Assembly: GCA_036172245.1 (NCBI GenBank)
Contig: JAYWIR010000002.1
Span: 2,852,001-2,916,000, forward strand
Origin: Raillietiella orientalis
Taxonomy: Eukaryota
Direction of reading: 5' to 3'
Length of the DNA: 64,000 nt
Numbering within the stretch: the first letter of the stretch is position 1; each line of letters starts with the position of its first letter. The notes beneath the pieces were generated by a model. That model saw only the letters and a program-made list of their open reading frames with translations. It was not told the DNA's origin and did no database searches. The translations under genes were made by a program, and so were the position numbers. Shown piece by piece: positions 24,136-36,951 of the stretch.

Positions 24136-27100
24136 AGTATTCGCAAAAATTGGCATTATTTACAACTGTTTATGATAAAACAGTGCACAATTGCCACTTG
24201 TTTGTGGTTGGGTTCTGACAGCAACGTGTAGAATACATAAAGCTTTGAGCAAAACAAGCTCAGCGATCATGCTTGCAATATTATGCAGCATTTCTTACAA
24301 AAAAAAATGTATATTTTTGTTTCTTTATTTCAACAGATCACCTAGAGGACACTAAAATGATCCACTGCGCTGAAACATGCGATTACCAAGTCCAACACCG
24401 ATGCAACGCATACCTCACATTCAACTTTTGTGATTGAAAGGGTGATTGCCTTTCTGGTAATTAAATCGTGTGATTTGAAAGGATATCGTTATCGATATAG
24501 AAAACTCAAAATCAGATTGTGTTAAATCTTCTCATCATATTCTAATTACGAAAATTGAATCGAAGTTTCCCAACTAGGACTTCTGTAACGTTTTCATCAG
24601 ATGATAAAACAGATCATTGGGAGATTTAAAAAAACGATCCTAAAAACATCAGTCCTCATGAGAACAATAGCACTATCAATATATGCTATATTAAAATAGT
24701 ATATCATTCACCAGTCCAAAAACTCCAAATTGTAAATAAAAAAAAAACATGAGAAAAACCAGGATTTTATTACTATTGGCATATGCACAACTGAGAATAC
24801 GCTGAATACAAAAACCAATTAGCAGCAAAACCATTGAGGCATGGAATATGTTGATGGGACTTTATTTTAGTCACAATTAAGGAAACCTCTTTTGTAATTT
24901 AGAGTGGATGCTGGGACATCACAGACGAACTCTCACTGATTATAGAATTGAACTCATATAAAAACCTTAATTCCGCTATTGATACCCATAAAATATGTCA
25001 TAATGTTTACTAAGAGGTTTCGATGGGAGTGATATCTTTCATTAATTAAAATTTCATTTCAGGCTCGCCTATAGTTGAAGTATGCTTAATTTTGCCAAAC
25101 GTTCCTATATGACATCATAATTAAGAATAATTTTCATAATACCAAAAGGGATCTATAATGACAGCCACAGATTTTGCAACAGTTTCGTATCTGATGATCC
25201 TTGTGAACGGTAGTGCCATCCAACATAGGGTAAAGTCAGGGTGTGTTCTGGACCCACTCCTTTAGGTATATTACCTATGACTCGACAGTCGCTTCAGTCG
25301 GGTAGATCCTTGCAGTGCATAGGGGACGATTTGTGTGAAGCAGATCCTCACTGAACCTTGTGGCGAGCAAGCTATGAGTCGCGCACCGGGCTCGTCTCGT
25401 GGATCTTCCCCATGTCTGAATTGTTCCCGAAGCTCAGCACTCTACAGTTCATGGGGAGGAAGAGCGTCTATGGGTTTGAGGATATGGTAATTTTTCATTT
25501 ATTCTGCTTGGAAACATCTATGCCTTGGAACTGCTTAGCAGGCTATTTTGAGCTCGAGATGTTGTTGTCCAAAATATAAAGCAGAACTTTTGCAGTATAT
25601 CTGATTCTTTTCTATTATTCGAACGACTTCTGCAATGGTCGTTTTCGTCTAATCTGACAGCTAAACTCTGCCGTCTTTACCTCCATTCGTGCTTTCTTCG
25701 ATGAGCTTCTTTCAGATGAGCACATCTCTAAATTCAAGAATACACATCAAGTTATCTCCACCTTAATTCGTGTGATGTCTGAATTTATCTATCGACTAAA
25801 GCATTCAGTATTCATTACTCGCTTCCAGATGAAGACTTGACAATTTCATCAACAAAATCAGCTTCATCGACTAAACTGTTTTTGTTGGCATGCTCTCATC
25901 GTTAGCATCTAGACGAACTGACATTGAGGTATGCAAGTGGCTTATGTAGTGATCATTTCGTTTTTGTCTTCATGATCGTTGATGTTGAAATGGATTTTTG
26001 TTGAAGGTGAATATTATGTCAAAATCAATGAGTACAAGATTACCAGATGTGATTCCAACATGGTTCAGGGGGAAAGCGTGGTATATGGGAAAACAAGTAT
26101 TTTAAGTCATATCTCGTTTCATCCTAGCGCTGCCCAGTCCTAGCAGATGCTTACGTTATCAGACTCATCGATTAGTTTGCTAAATAAACAAAAGAGAAAG
26201 GACAGCTCTTTAAGCAACCTGGCTTTGATACTTTGCCAATGATCGGCATACCCAATTTTTCAGTTTCCGAGGTAATTGCGTGAAAATTGCAGGTGAATAT
26301 TGCTTGGCAGCACCTCTCATTTTCTTCTAGCTCCATGACAAGCAGGTACAACAAAACCAGCTTTCATTCATCGACTTTTTTTTATAAGCATCAGTGGCAC
26401 GAAGGGCATCATCCAACATTCTACATGACTGTGCATGTGCTCTTGGTAAAATGCACGAAATCTTTCGCCGTTTTACAATGTGGATCAAGATTGCTAAAAC
26501 AAACACATCTTTCTCAATGAGCGGAGCACGTAGGAGAGCCATTTGCAAGACACTTTATGATTAAATGTGAATTTCAGTCGCACTGCACTTCATTTCATTT
26601 TGGGCATCAATACCAGAACTTACATCAATATGCAACATCAATACCATTCTTCTTTGTTCAGTTTTGGTTCGCTTTTTTGAAACACAGATTGTTTGAGGGA
26701 TTCACAGCTCTAGTCAGCCTTTTCCCCTCACCTTTTCTCAAAACACTTAATATTTTTTTTTATTTTCCGTTGTGAAAGGAAAAGCAGTACAAACGTTTAA
26801 GCACCGCGACAACTGTGTTCTTGCTCAAGCTAACGCTTGGTGGGACCCTCCTTAGGCACAAACTGAACAAAATTTGAATTGATACAGAGATGGGTCTCAG
26901 CTACTAGGAAACATGATCTTACGGTTACATAACTCTTCACGTGCAAGAAGAATTTTTCTCTTGAGGTATCACTTTTACGTGCGACTGGAAAGCAGGGATC
27001 GCCGTCGACAGCCATTCATGGCAGTGAACTTCACCTTATCAATTTGGACAAATCATTACAAAAAAACGGGCAACGACTTCCAGCAGTTTCTTCTGGAGTT

Positions 27101-27605
27101 TACCGTTGTAGCACATACAATCCGTGGTCGCAAAAATTTACCCGTCCCTACGCACAATGTTTCCACATCGGATTTGGAACTCCACAATTCATAGTTCAAA
27201 AAATCCCCAGCATACTTTGTGGAACCTTCTGTATAAATTCAAGTGTCATCGCTCGCTTTATTCGAAATGCATACGGACATTTCAATCGTTTAATGCTTTA
27301 CACAAACCTCTCGACATGCTGCCGTTCTAAAGTAGAATTTTCCCGTAACAACGAATCACATAGGAAAACTCGCAACCCATCGCCATTAAAAATAAGAATC
27401 ATGCGAATGCGATCGCATGATAATCTGCAATGGAATGATCTGCGGGGAAAACAAATAAGAAATTCTGGAAATTATATTCTCTTCGGATATGAGTTTCCAA
27501 GGATTTTCGCTGGGCCAGCAAAACAGACTGCATTCCACTGTCGATCTTCCGTTCCCAACATACGCTGCCGCATGGATTTCAAAGCAAAGAGGTGTGTTCC
27601 AACCA

Positions 27606-30600
27606 TCAGGATGTCTCGGATTTGCGTGCTTCCATCTTCCCTAACGCTCGGAAAACTTTCTTTTTCAACTGCTTTTGCCGCTGATTTCGGGTGTTTTCCA
27701 CCTTTTTCACAGTTCGTCTATGATCTCTACTTCGCCTAAAAGCTTCAAGATGCTGCTGCCATTTTTTATGTCTATACACAGTTTTCAGTATTTGCATCAT
27801 ATTTAAGACTTCCTGTTCTTTGGGTTCGGGTATGATAGGAATTTTGACTTTCATTGTTTTTTGTTCATTACTACGGAGAACTCGTTTCTTAATACGATCT
27901 TCATAAGGCAATTCTTTTTCTAGCTTCTTGGGAATAACTAAAGGCATAACTGCTTTTGGTTTTCGGTTCACAGGCTAAAATGGAAGCACTCAAATAATTC
28001 ATATAGGAACATCTACTTTCTTACAGTGTACAAATGGTCTGGATTGGGAGTCACATGTATACCACGTTCCTTTTTCAACTGACCCACCGTCTTCATACCC
28101 TGCCATTTGGTTTTTTCTTCAGGAGGAAGTAATAATGTAGTTACTGGATAACAGAAGGTAGGTATTGATACGGAGTACCATGTACGCAGAAACACAATGT
28201 CTGCAGAGAAAACAATCACACAAAATGGCGCAATGTTAAACTCACCGCTGAGTAAGATTTTATCTTCAAATGTAGCACGGAATGCACCTTGAGGACCGCT
28301 AAGAGCTTTTTTAACATGCCCACGGATGCCAGAAACTGTGCATATTTTAGAACCTTCAAATTTTGCTACTTCTAATGCTGAATTAAACATCCCCTGAATG
28401 AAAGCTGTCTTTTTGAACACCTTGATGGGTGTACCAATCAATTTGAGTTTTTTAACCAAATGTACAGATTTATCCAAATCCAGGACAGTCCCAGTAGCAG
28501 CAATACGAAAATTGGGGTTCTTTTCAGCTACACTCTGAAGGGCAAGAAATCCAGTTCCTTGAGTAGTTACTGGTCCCCAAAAATGAGCCCAGCAATGCAG
28601 ATGCTCGGGTGTGTACTTGATGAGACGATTACGCCCATTGTGATCTTGCATTGCATACATGGGAACAGTTTGAAAACGACGCCAACCAAGAGAGATAATC
28701 AAGGGATCTTTAGTTTTAAGAATACGTTGATGCCAGCGATGCTTTTTTAGCCGAACTTGCAAGTATCCTACATTTTCTTCTCCAGGTAAGAGTCCTCCAA
28801 GTACAAGAGGATAAGTGGGATCAAAATGGGACACCAATTCACAGGGAACATTATCTAATTCCACTCTAACGTACATGCCAGCTCTGTATCCTTCATACTG
28901 TATACGAAGGTTGTCATCCATTCCTTCAAACTCATTTTGGTTAATCTGCAAATCGTAGTAACAAAAAAATATTATAAATAAATTCTAACCTTGGCCGTCA
29001 TTTCTGCTTCTTTTTTCAATTCATCAAAATATGTGTCACTATTCCGGCCAACTTGATTGTCATATTCTGAATCAAATTGTTCCTTCAGTTGCTGCTTCTT
29101 TTTTAGGCGTTTTTGTTGCTCCTCTGCAGAAGATAAAACGGCATCCTTGACTGCAAATAATTACCTTCTTCTTTGTTATCACTTGTCACCCCAGTTTCTA
29201 AATCTTCAAAGTCTCCATACAACTCATCACGTACAGCATCATCTTGCTGAAGCAGCACATTAGCATCCATGCTGCTATCCCATTTCCCAGTAACAAAGCA
29301 ATCTTTTATTTGCTGTCGAACCTAAAGGTTACAAAGTAAATCAAATTGCATTTTTTTCTTCAACGGATTCATTTGTAAATTGGGCAATCAAATGCACCAA
29401 CCTTTTCCTGTTCCCAATCTTGCAGCAATGGTTGACTGAATTTGCTACAATCAAGAGATTTTGTCTTCTCTGTTTGCTTTTTGTCCAGAGCATCCTTCAC
29501 AACACAAAAAAGATCATCCACTTGTATTACACTGGATCTCAATTTCTCATCTGTTACATCCTCATCATCTGTAATTTATATTGAGCAACATGCAATAAAG
29601 TTTGTTAACTATGATTTACTCTGGCCATATACAAGCTGTTGCAGTTGATTGGTGTGTTGCTGTCTTTTATAAAAATTTTCTGCAGCTCGCTGAACAAGAT
29701 TAGCTTTCCACTGCAAGTTCAAGGTTTCATTTGCAAATTCGTCTTGAATGTCATCAGTATCCGATTCCTCCATGTTTGAGTCCACTTGACTGACTGACTT
29801 TTCTTCTAAATTTTTCATCGAGTTTTCAATTTGCAGCAATGATTCTGAAATCTTATTCTGCATTGCTAGGAGTGTTGCACTATGTCGGAGAGCTTCCCGA
29901 TCAAAAGGATGTTTGTTTACATGTTCTGAATTAGGTTCACCAATCTACACAGAAAATTCAAGAATGAGCACATAAAGCCAGACATCCAGTTATCAAACTT
30001 ACCGATTTCTGTTCCTTTGCTGGCAAACAAGGTGCATGCCCTTCTGAAGATCTTCCTTCATATGCACTCTCCTCTTCAGAGTCCTCACTAGGATAAATTT
30101 GTCCTTGTGGAAGTGAAGAACAGTTACGTTTTACTAACATTGCTGAGGCATGAGAATTTTCTCTCGCTACAAACTGTTTTGTTTTCGTCCTTGTTTTTTA
30201 TACCTTACCATCTTCAGCAAATCTTACACGTTTGATAGTCCTGGATGTTTTATTCTCAGCACATTCAATCATTTGCGAACTTACAGAAATAGCACGACAT
30301 AAAAACCACTGAAATAACCTTCCTATGCTTTTACCTCGATATGTCTTGGGACGTGATTGGTTTCATTCCGGAGAACAACTGTACAGTGTTACTCTGAAGT
30401 TTCTTATCAAGGGTGTGCACAGTATCCAAAAGTGCAGTTAACATTTCGGGTTTTCCTTCTGCTGCAGTGTCCTTAAAAAGAAAGTTTCAAATAATTGAAG
30501 ATTAATGCTTCACCTTTGTAGAAACACCAAAGGAGTGGCTTCCTCCTAAGTTAATGTACACAGCATCTTTATCATATACTATGCCTCCTACACCAGACAT

Positions 30601-33432
30601 AGGAGCATAGAGAAGTTTTTCTTTCTCATTAAGAGAGCGCCTTTTCTCTCTGTTGGGTAAAGGGCAAGGATCATTCAAATGAGTGACAGATGAAATCTGT
30701 AGATCACAGCATCCTGCCAGTAAGAGCTACACATGTCAGAATAAGTCACTTCCCACCTGGCAAATGCACTTTCATGTTTTCCTTTAAAGGTAGTCCTCGA
30801 ATATAACCATATAAGCTTATTGTACGATCCGTTTTGATATTACATCGTATCTTATCTGGAGATGTTATGTCTTCCATCCTATCAGCTACAGAACAACAAA
30901 TACCTAATGGAATGCATGAACTCTCCACATTACCAAGCAAATAAGGATGCTTGCTACGCCAAGTTAAAGGACGACACTTCATAACTGATATAAATCTTGC
31001 CAAATTTTTAACTTCAGTGCGAAGATAACGGCCGTGCAACAATCCAGAGAGATAAAACAATTTGGCACCTTGGTAAATCTCTGTCCAAAAACGATGTTTC
31101 AATCTTTTTTTGATTTTCTGCTGTTGCTTATTTTGTTTTAACAAATCAAGGTGTGTTAAAACGCCAAGTAAACGTGGAAACCCATGAACCTAGCAAACAA
31201 TCATGTTTCAAAATCATGTATAAGTTTACCTGGCAGATATTCAAGAATTCAAATGTTTCCATTTCAAATCCAAATGAAGCATCAATCAACAATAGTACCA
31301 CATCTGTAATTTTGGCCAAATCAATCATACAGTTGATATCATTATTACATTCAATTAAAGTCACACGTTTCTTTTTCCCTGAAATCAATAAGAAACATGA
31401 AAGATAACTGGATATCGGGTTGGCTATCACAAATGTTTTAACCCATAAAAATAATTCGGAGATCGAACCCTAATTATCCCTTTTTCCTAATTTCAGTTTT
31501 TCATTCCTTGGTAATACTTTAAAGAATGGAATATGTAATGAATTGGTGATTTTAACATTTTTAAAATCATGCCATATTCAGAAAAGGATTACATGTACTG
31601 CCTATCAACATTGAGAGCTGCTTATATCAAGAGCTGCTTTACACCCCAAAATTACTTACAATCACACTTTAACATAACCAATAATAAACCATACTTACCA
31701 GAAACAACGGTGACAGGTCCCTGAACATCAGTCAAAGTCTGACGTGTGTAATTTTTTACCAAACACTGAAGTAATGTAGATTTACCAACTTTAGGAGGTC
31801 CAACAATCCCTACAATGAGTGGAGGTGGTTCCAAAGGAGTGCGATCAACTACTGGAATATGATGCTTCTTTGTGAGAATGTCTTGAGTTCTAAAACACAC
31901 CAATATGTGAACACTAGGTTCTAATATTTTGAAATGAAACTTTTGGAATAACTGGTTTCATAGAGCAGTAAAGTCAGTGAAATCCTATAGATTTAAACAT
32001 ATCCAATATAACTAAAGCACCAAATTTTCTGTAAATCAAATATTATCCCAAGAAAATTGAATGAATCACATTTTGATAACCTTACTTGTGTGATGATACA
32101 ATGTAGTATGAACTAAATTTTTAGTCCAAAGCCTTAGCCCATTTAGTTTTCAGAGACAAATGCTTTTGTGAAATACTACTTCTTTAGGGAAGCAAAATAT
32201 AAATACAGCATACAGTTTGAGGACTTAAAAATACCGCAACTGGTTAATGTTTAAAAAGATGTCTGATCTAGTTTTTGAAAAAATGAGTTCTCTAAAGAGT
32301 ACAAATATAATGAAATGCAAGTGAGAGGATTATCTAGAAACTATTTAAGCATTGCTGTACTACTAAATTCCTGTAGTCAATTTATACATATGCTACATAA
32401 TCAAAGCAGAGCAAACCTTATGATATCCTCAAAAAATGTGCAAAATTGATGAAACTGTTCTAAAACTTTATTTCAACACCACTGAAGACAGATATGTTAT
32501 GAAGAAATTTATAGGAAAAAAAAAGAACCTAAAGTTACTGAGAAAAACAACACTTGTAATGAGAAATAACATCAAGAATACATAATTAATTTCATAAATA
32601 GCACTGAAGACTTTATAAATACGTTTCCAAACAAACTTCTGGTTCCTTGTCAACAATGAAATTTTTTTCATATCATGCATTTAACGAATCAACATTTTAT
32701 TATCTGAAAACTGTGGTATTTTTTGCTGCTTGGAAACATATGATCATACACAATATAATGTATAATTTTGACATATCATTATTTTAAAATTTACTTGCGT
32801 TAACACTTATTACTGTTATGATTTTAATGATATAGGAAAGTTACATTCAAAATAATAAAAGCAACAATACTTAAGCAATGTTAGAAACAAACAATTTGAG
32901 GATCTACATGAAAAACTGTTGAATTATGTAAACTTGCTCATTAAATAATATGCATATAGAGAATACCTTCTAAATCTTCGTTCAGCTTTCACAACAGAAT
33001 GAAAAGTAAATGCCTTTGGATTCTGTTTTTTCTCTGTGGAACCATCAGATGACTTGCTTTTCTGATTTTTCTTTTTAAGAAACTTTCTGCCTGAAATCAA
33101 TACAATCCTCTTCAGTTCTGTTATTATTCTAGAAACTACATGCAATTCCATTTCAACTTTGAATTTATTTTGATTTTTAACTGAATTGCAAATTTTCACA
33201 TCACTAACACTTCAGCACGAAATTATTAAATTAAATTTATGATGTCAAAAACTTCATGTTTATCTCTGAAGTTGACAAGTTTGATCTCTTTGATGTATAA
33301 CAAATAGATACACCTTTAACGTGTGCCCATCCAAATCAAGTTCTTAACTGTGCCAAGGAACCTTAAAGTATAATTACCTGATTGTCTTATTTGATGAGCT
33401 TTTTGTTTTTTATTTGGATCTCCGATTTCCAT
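27606..33432 (-). CDS. BMS1: Ribosome biogenesis GTPase BMS1
   Basis: Spliced product MEIGDPNKKQKAHQIRQSGRK...NPKAFTFHS...TQDILTKKHHIPVVDRTPLEPPP..GPPKVGKSTL (P-loop), HRFWTEIYQGAKLFYLSG, CFVTGKW, KKHRWHQRILKTKDPLIISLGWRRFQT, FRATFEDKILLSDIVFLRTW. The introns I traced are GT-AG. Confidence 0.98.
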
Positions 33433-33582
33433 ATTCAATACTCAGACTACGAAAGAAACAAGTAACGCTTAACAAAATGAGCAAATTTTTTATTTTAAAT
33501 CATTTTATACAAATTATTCATAAATTATTATAGTACCTTTTATTATTAACAATGGACCTTAAATTGATACCTCTTGAAATAT

Positions 33583-33955
33583 TCAAGGGAGCATAGTTTC
33601 CGTATCTTGAAAAAAGAAAACAACCAACAATAGAAACCACCTCATATAAAACAGGTGCAAATCACACAACATACCTGAGAAAATATATTTAAATCTGAAT
33701 GAAAAGGCCAAATGCTTACCAGAAACATAGGCAATCCATGAATAAAAACTGCGTGAATTGATTTCCTTGTTTAATGCAGGGGTCACATTTACCATCAACT
33801 ACAATAAAGTGTGCAGGTAATTACACTTGGATCCTAACGATTACTACAGGGAAATCGCAATGCAAACAGCAACCATTGCCAAAACTGTCAAACCTGCTCG
33901 TCTCCACATGGAACAGGAATACCATGTACTCATCATTTTCCACGTGATGGAAATT
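33583..33955 (-). other. Exon-like segments just upstream of BMS1 (3' end of an orphan gene, or BMS1 5' UTR exons)
   Basis: A 45-nt GTAAGC...ttttctcAG intron near 33675-33719 and a second unit of about 46-49 nt near 33799-33847 join short open frames. No recognisable homology. Confidence 0.3.
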
Positions 33956-36438
33956 CTGTATTTCGAGATAGCACGTATTAAAGATATAATAATATCAAAG
34001 TCATAAATATTCTTTAAGAATTCTGACGACTAGAACACAAAAGAACTTTCTTCATTTATAAGAACAATAGACTTATCAAAAAAATTCCATTCAACGATTT
34101 TTTTAGTGATTTCACAAGCAATCCAAGTTAATTCATCTAATCATAGCAGCTTCATAATGAGTATCAATAATTTTGTAGTAACTATGAGCAAATTCTTTTC
34201 TGCAATATGTGATTGCACCACGTGATAGACTGGATTATATATATAATTTTATTGCAGTTAAGACAATCACTCAGATAGGCACTAATTTTCAGAAATATAT
34301 AAACAGATATCCTGATTTTGGATGAATTAGTGATTATACCACATAATTTATGAAAAACACGGGCTCATTTACATCTCTGAAATATCAAATATATGGACAA
34401 TCTTTTCTCTATATTTTAGAAAGTTCACAGTACACTACGAGTGCTAGTTAAAGAATTCGTTAAAATTCTCCCTTTTTTTTCCTTGGATGGGCAAAAGACT
34501 ACCTAATAGTTTATTTGATTCCATGAAATCTGAATAAAGACTTCATGAAATTAAATAAGCTAGTATTTAATGATGTCCTGAAATGTGTTTGTATTGACGT
34601 ATGAAATTATTTGATAACGTGCCTTTCGAAATGAAAGCATCTTTAAAGAAAGAAATAGCAATGAAAAATATAATTAATTATTGTATCTCCAAAACATTTA
34701 TTTTTTTTAACTCTTAAATCATGAAGCTCCAAATAACCTTGATCCATGAAATTGACATCCTCGCGTAAAACAATTCAGAAAACTCTGCATTTTAATAATT
34801 GCATGTACCTTACCTCAAATAAGCAGTAGTCCATATTATTAGAATACAAAAAAAGCATAAGTTGAAATAGAAAATTTATCAAAATAGGAGAACTTCGAAT
34901 TTCATTCCAAATACTTGGATCATTCGGTGACTCGACTGAAGTGATGTTTTCTTTTATAATTCATTTAAATTCTTCTTGTTCCAATACTATCCTTAAGGTA
35001 TTCCATCACATGAAAACGAATTTTTGCTAGCTGGAGGATACTTGATTTGAAGAGATTGTGAAAACAATCCTGCTGCCTCAAATGTCTTAAATTTTTGTGA
35101 TAAGCAGATTAACGAATGTATTTACAATCCTGTTTACCACACACCACTGTGCAAACCTGTAAATAAAAGATAGTAATTGCTCATTACGATAAAGTTTTTT
35201 AATTAACAGTGCAAAGAACTCCATTTGTTCTCATATCAAATTTTAGCCATAAATCATACCCTATTTAAGAAATCTCTGTTGTACAAGATTTAAGACCTTG
35301 ACGCTCTATAATTATAATCATAGAATTGTGTATTTCAAGCTTTTAATGAAAATTTTCAAATATTGAGCTATGCACTGCAGGAAAAAAATTCCGATGCAAA
35401 GCATTACATCATGTTAAAACCTATCCATGTTACAGAAATCATTTTTGCACGATCTGTGATCTCTGTAGAATTGAAAAATCATGGCTCTCCTGCAGGAAAA
35501 GAAAATTAATGCCTTCTGATAAGACTGGAGAATTATCAGGACAAGAAACCTTCCTTTTCACTATGAGCTTCATGCACTGAAACATCCTGTAAAGATGACT
35601 AACTAATAAATCAATTTTTAAGTTACCATTTTTTCATAGCATTCACGTATGCGAGCTTATGATCAGAAATCGGTTCCAGCAATTATCACAGAGTACTAAT
35701 TGTGATGTAATCTTAACATATGGTTGACACGATCACAATTCCATAACAATTTGTCGTTGTAACCGTAGAGGGTACACTTTGATAGAAAAGCATGCAATCC
35801 CAAATTGCAATTTTTTTCTTACAGAATGTTTCAATATTATCTAGGAGAATATGAGCACATAACGTTCCATAGCAAAAAACAAAAGCTCCAAACTCTGGAA
35901 TAAATCGTAATCAAGGAATTAGATAAAAGCTTCTTACACAATAAGGATTTCCATTAAAAAACGTCCTTACTTGTAAAGGTTCTCTAAAAACGTTACTATA
36001 CAACCAAAGTAATCTTTTTTTATACTTTAATTTTTTTTTTCTCACTTCTTGAGATGGAAAATATTTCAAAATTTTGACTATTTCTCACACAAACATCTAT
36101 TCTAAAACCGTTTTTTAATCCAAACCCAAACAATATTAGGATTATTGAAGAAATCATCCTCAGTCACCAAAGTTTTTATTTACACATATTCACATATGTT
36201 TGCAGCATACATGTATATATTATGTTTAAATTATTATTTGATAATAGTAAACATACATTTCATTTCCTTCTCACCATTTTCTCGAAATACTTTTAACAAA
36301 ATGTGGTATTTTTAACGTCTTCTAGGATCCCAATGAAGTTTCTCCATCTCATATAATTACGAAAATTTGTGCAATTTTGCTGAGCTCTTGAAATATAGAG
36401 AAAGAGCCTTTAACTTTCCTTGATTCTGTCACTATGAC

Positions 36439-36951
36439 TCAACGAGAGCAGATTTTCAACAGGCTAATGAATAAATGAAGAGCAATCGTAATTACCCCTA
36501 GACTTGTTATGCCTTTCCAAAGATCATTATACTCTCTGGAAACATTTTCCACTTGATATTCTAATTCTCTTAGTGTATGTATATCTATATTGTGGCAGGT
36601 ACACATACTCCCATGAGCAAGAACAGGACTTTTTTCGAAACTTGTATCCTCATCAATCTTTAAATGGTTTAGAATATCTAGGATCTTCATTTTTTCATCC
36701 GCTATCCAATCCAGTCTCTTATCTATCTGTGACATATGAAAGTTCTTCAAGATTACATTCTCTTCTAATCTGGATAATCGATCACTTAAATCTGAGAGTT
36801 CACGAAACTGGTTCCATGTCATTTTAAGGAATTGTAGTTCTGCGTTCTGAACTAGGTTCTTCATATTTTCTTCTATGTTTCTAATGGTTTCAAGTTCAGC
36901 TCTGATATTACAGAAGTCTCCTACGTTTTGAGCATTTCGTTTCGATAACAT
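36439..36951 (-). CDS. Hypothetical coiled-coil protein (170 aa or one exon of a larger gene), possibly tail-anchored
   Basis: A 170-codon ORF in very AT-rich DNA is unlikely by chance. Heptad-like E/K/L pattern and a hydrophobic C-terminal stretch, which could instead be intronic after GGG|GTAATT. Confidence 0.5.
   Translation of the reverse strand: MLSKRNAQNVGDFCNIRAELETIRNIEENMKNLVQNAELQFLKMTWNQFRELSDLSDRLSRLEENVILKNFHMSQIDKRLDWIADEKMKILDILNHLKIDEDTSFEKSPVLAHGSMCTCHNIDIHTLRELEYQVENVSREYNDLWKGITSLGVITIALHLFISLLKICSR

Noticed and set aside
24490-24497. DRE-like TATCGATA upstream of huntingtin (also near 38133, 50423 and 52785)
   Set aside because: A few copies are expected by chance in 64 kb of AT-rich DNA, and most are not next to identified gene starts.
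25412-25428. Minus-strand AACAATTCAGAC resembling RNase P RNA conserved region V
   Set aside because: No matching CR-I (GGAAnnUCUGA) within the expected distance, so the P4 helix cannot be formed.
27044-27739. 231-aa plus-strand ORF overlapping the BMS1 3' end in antisense
   Set aside because: Non-ATG start, no recognisable motif, and no splice pattern or composition supporting a gene.
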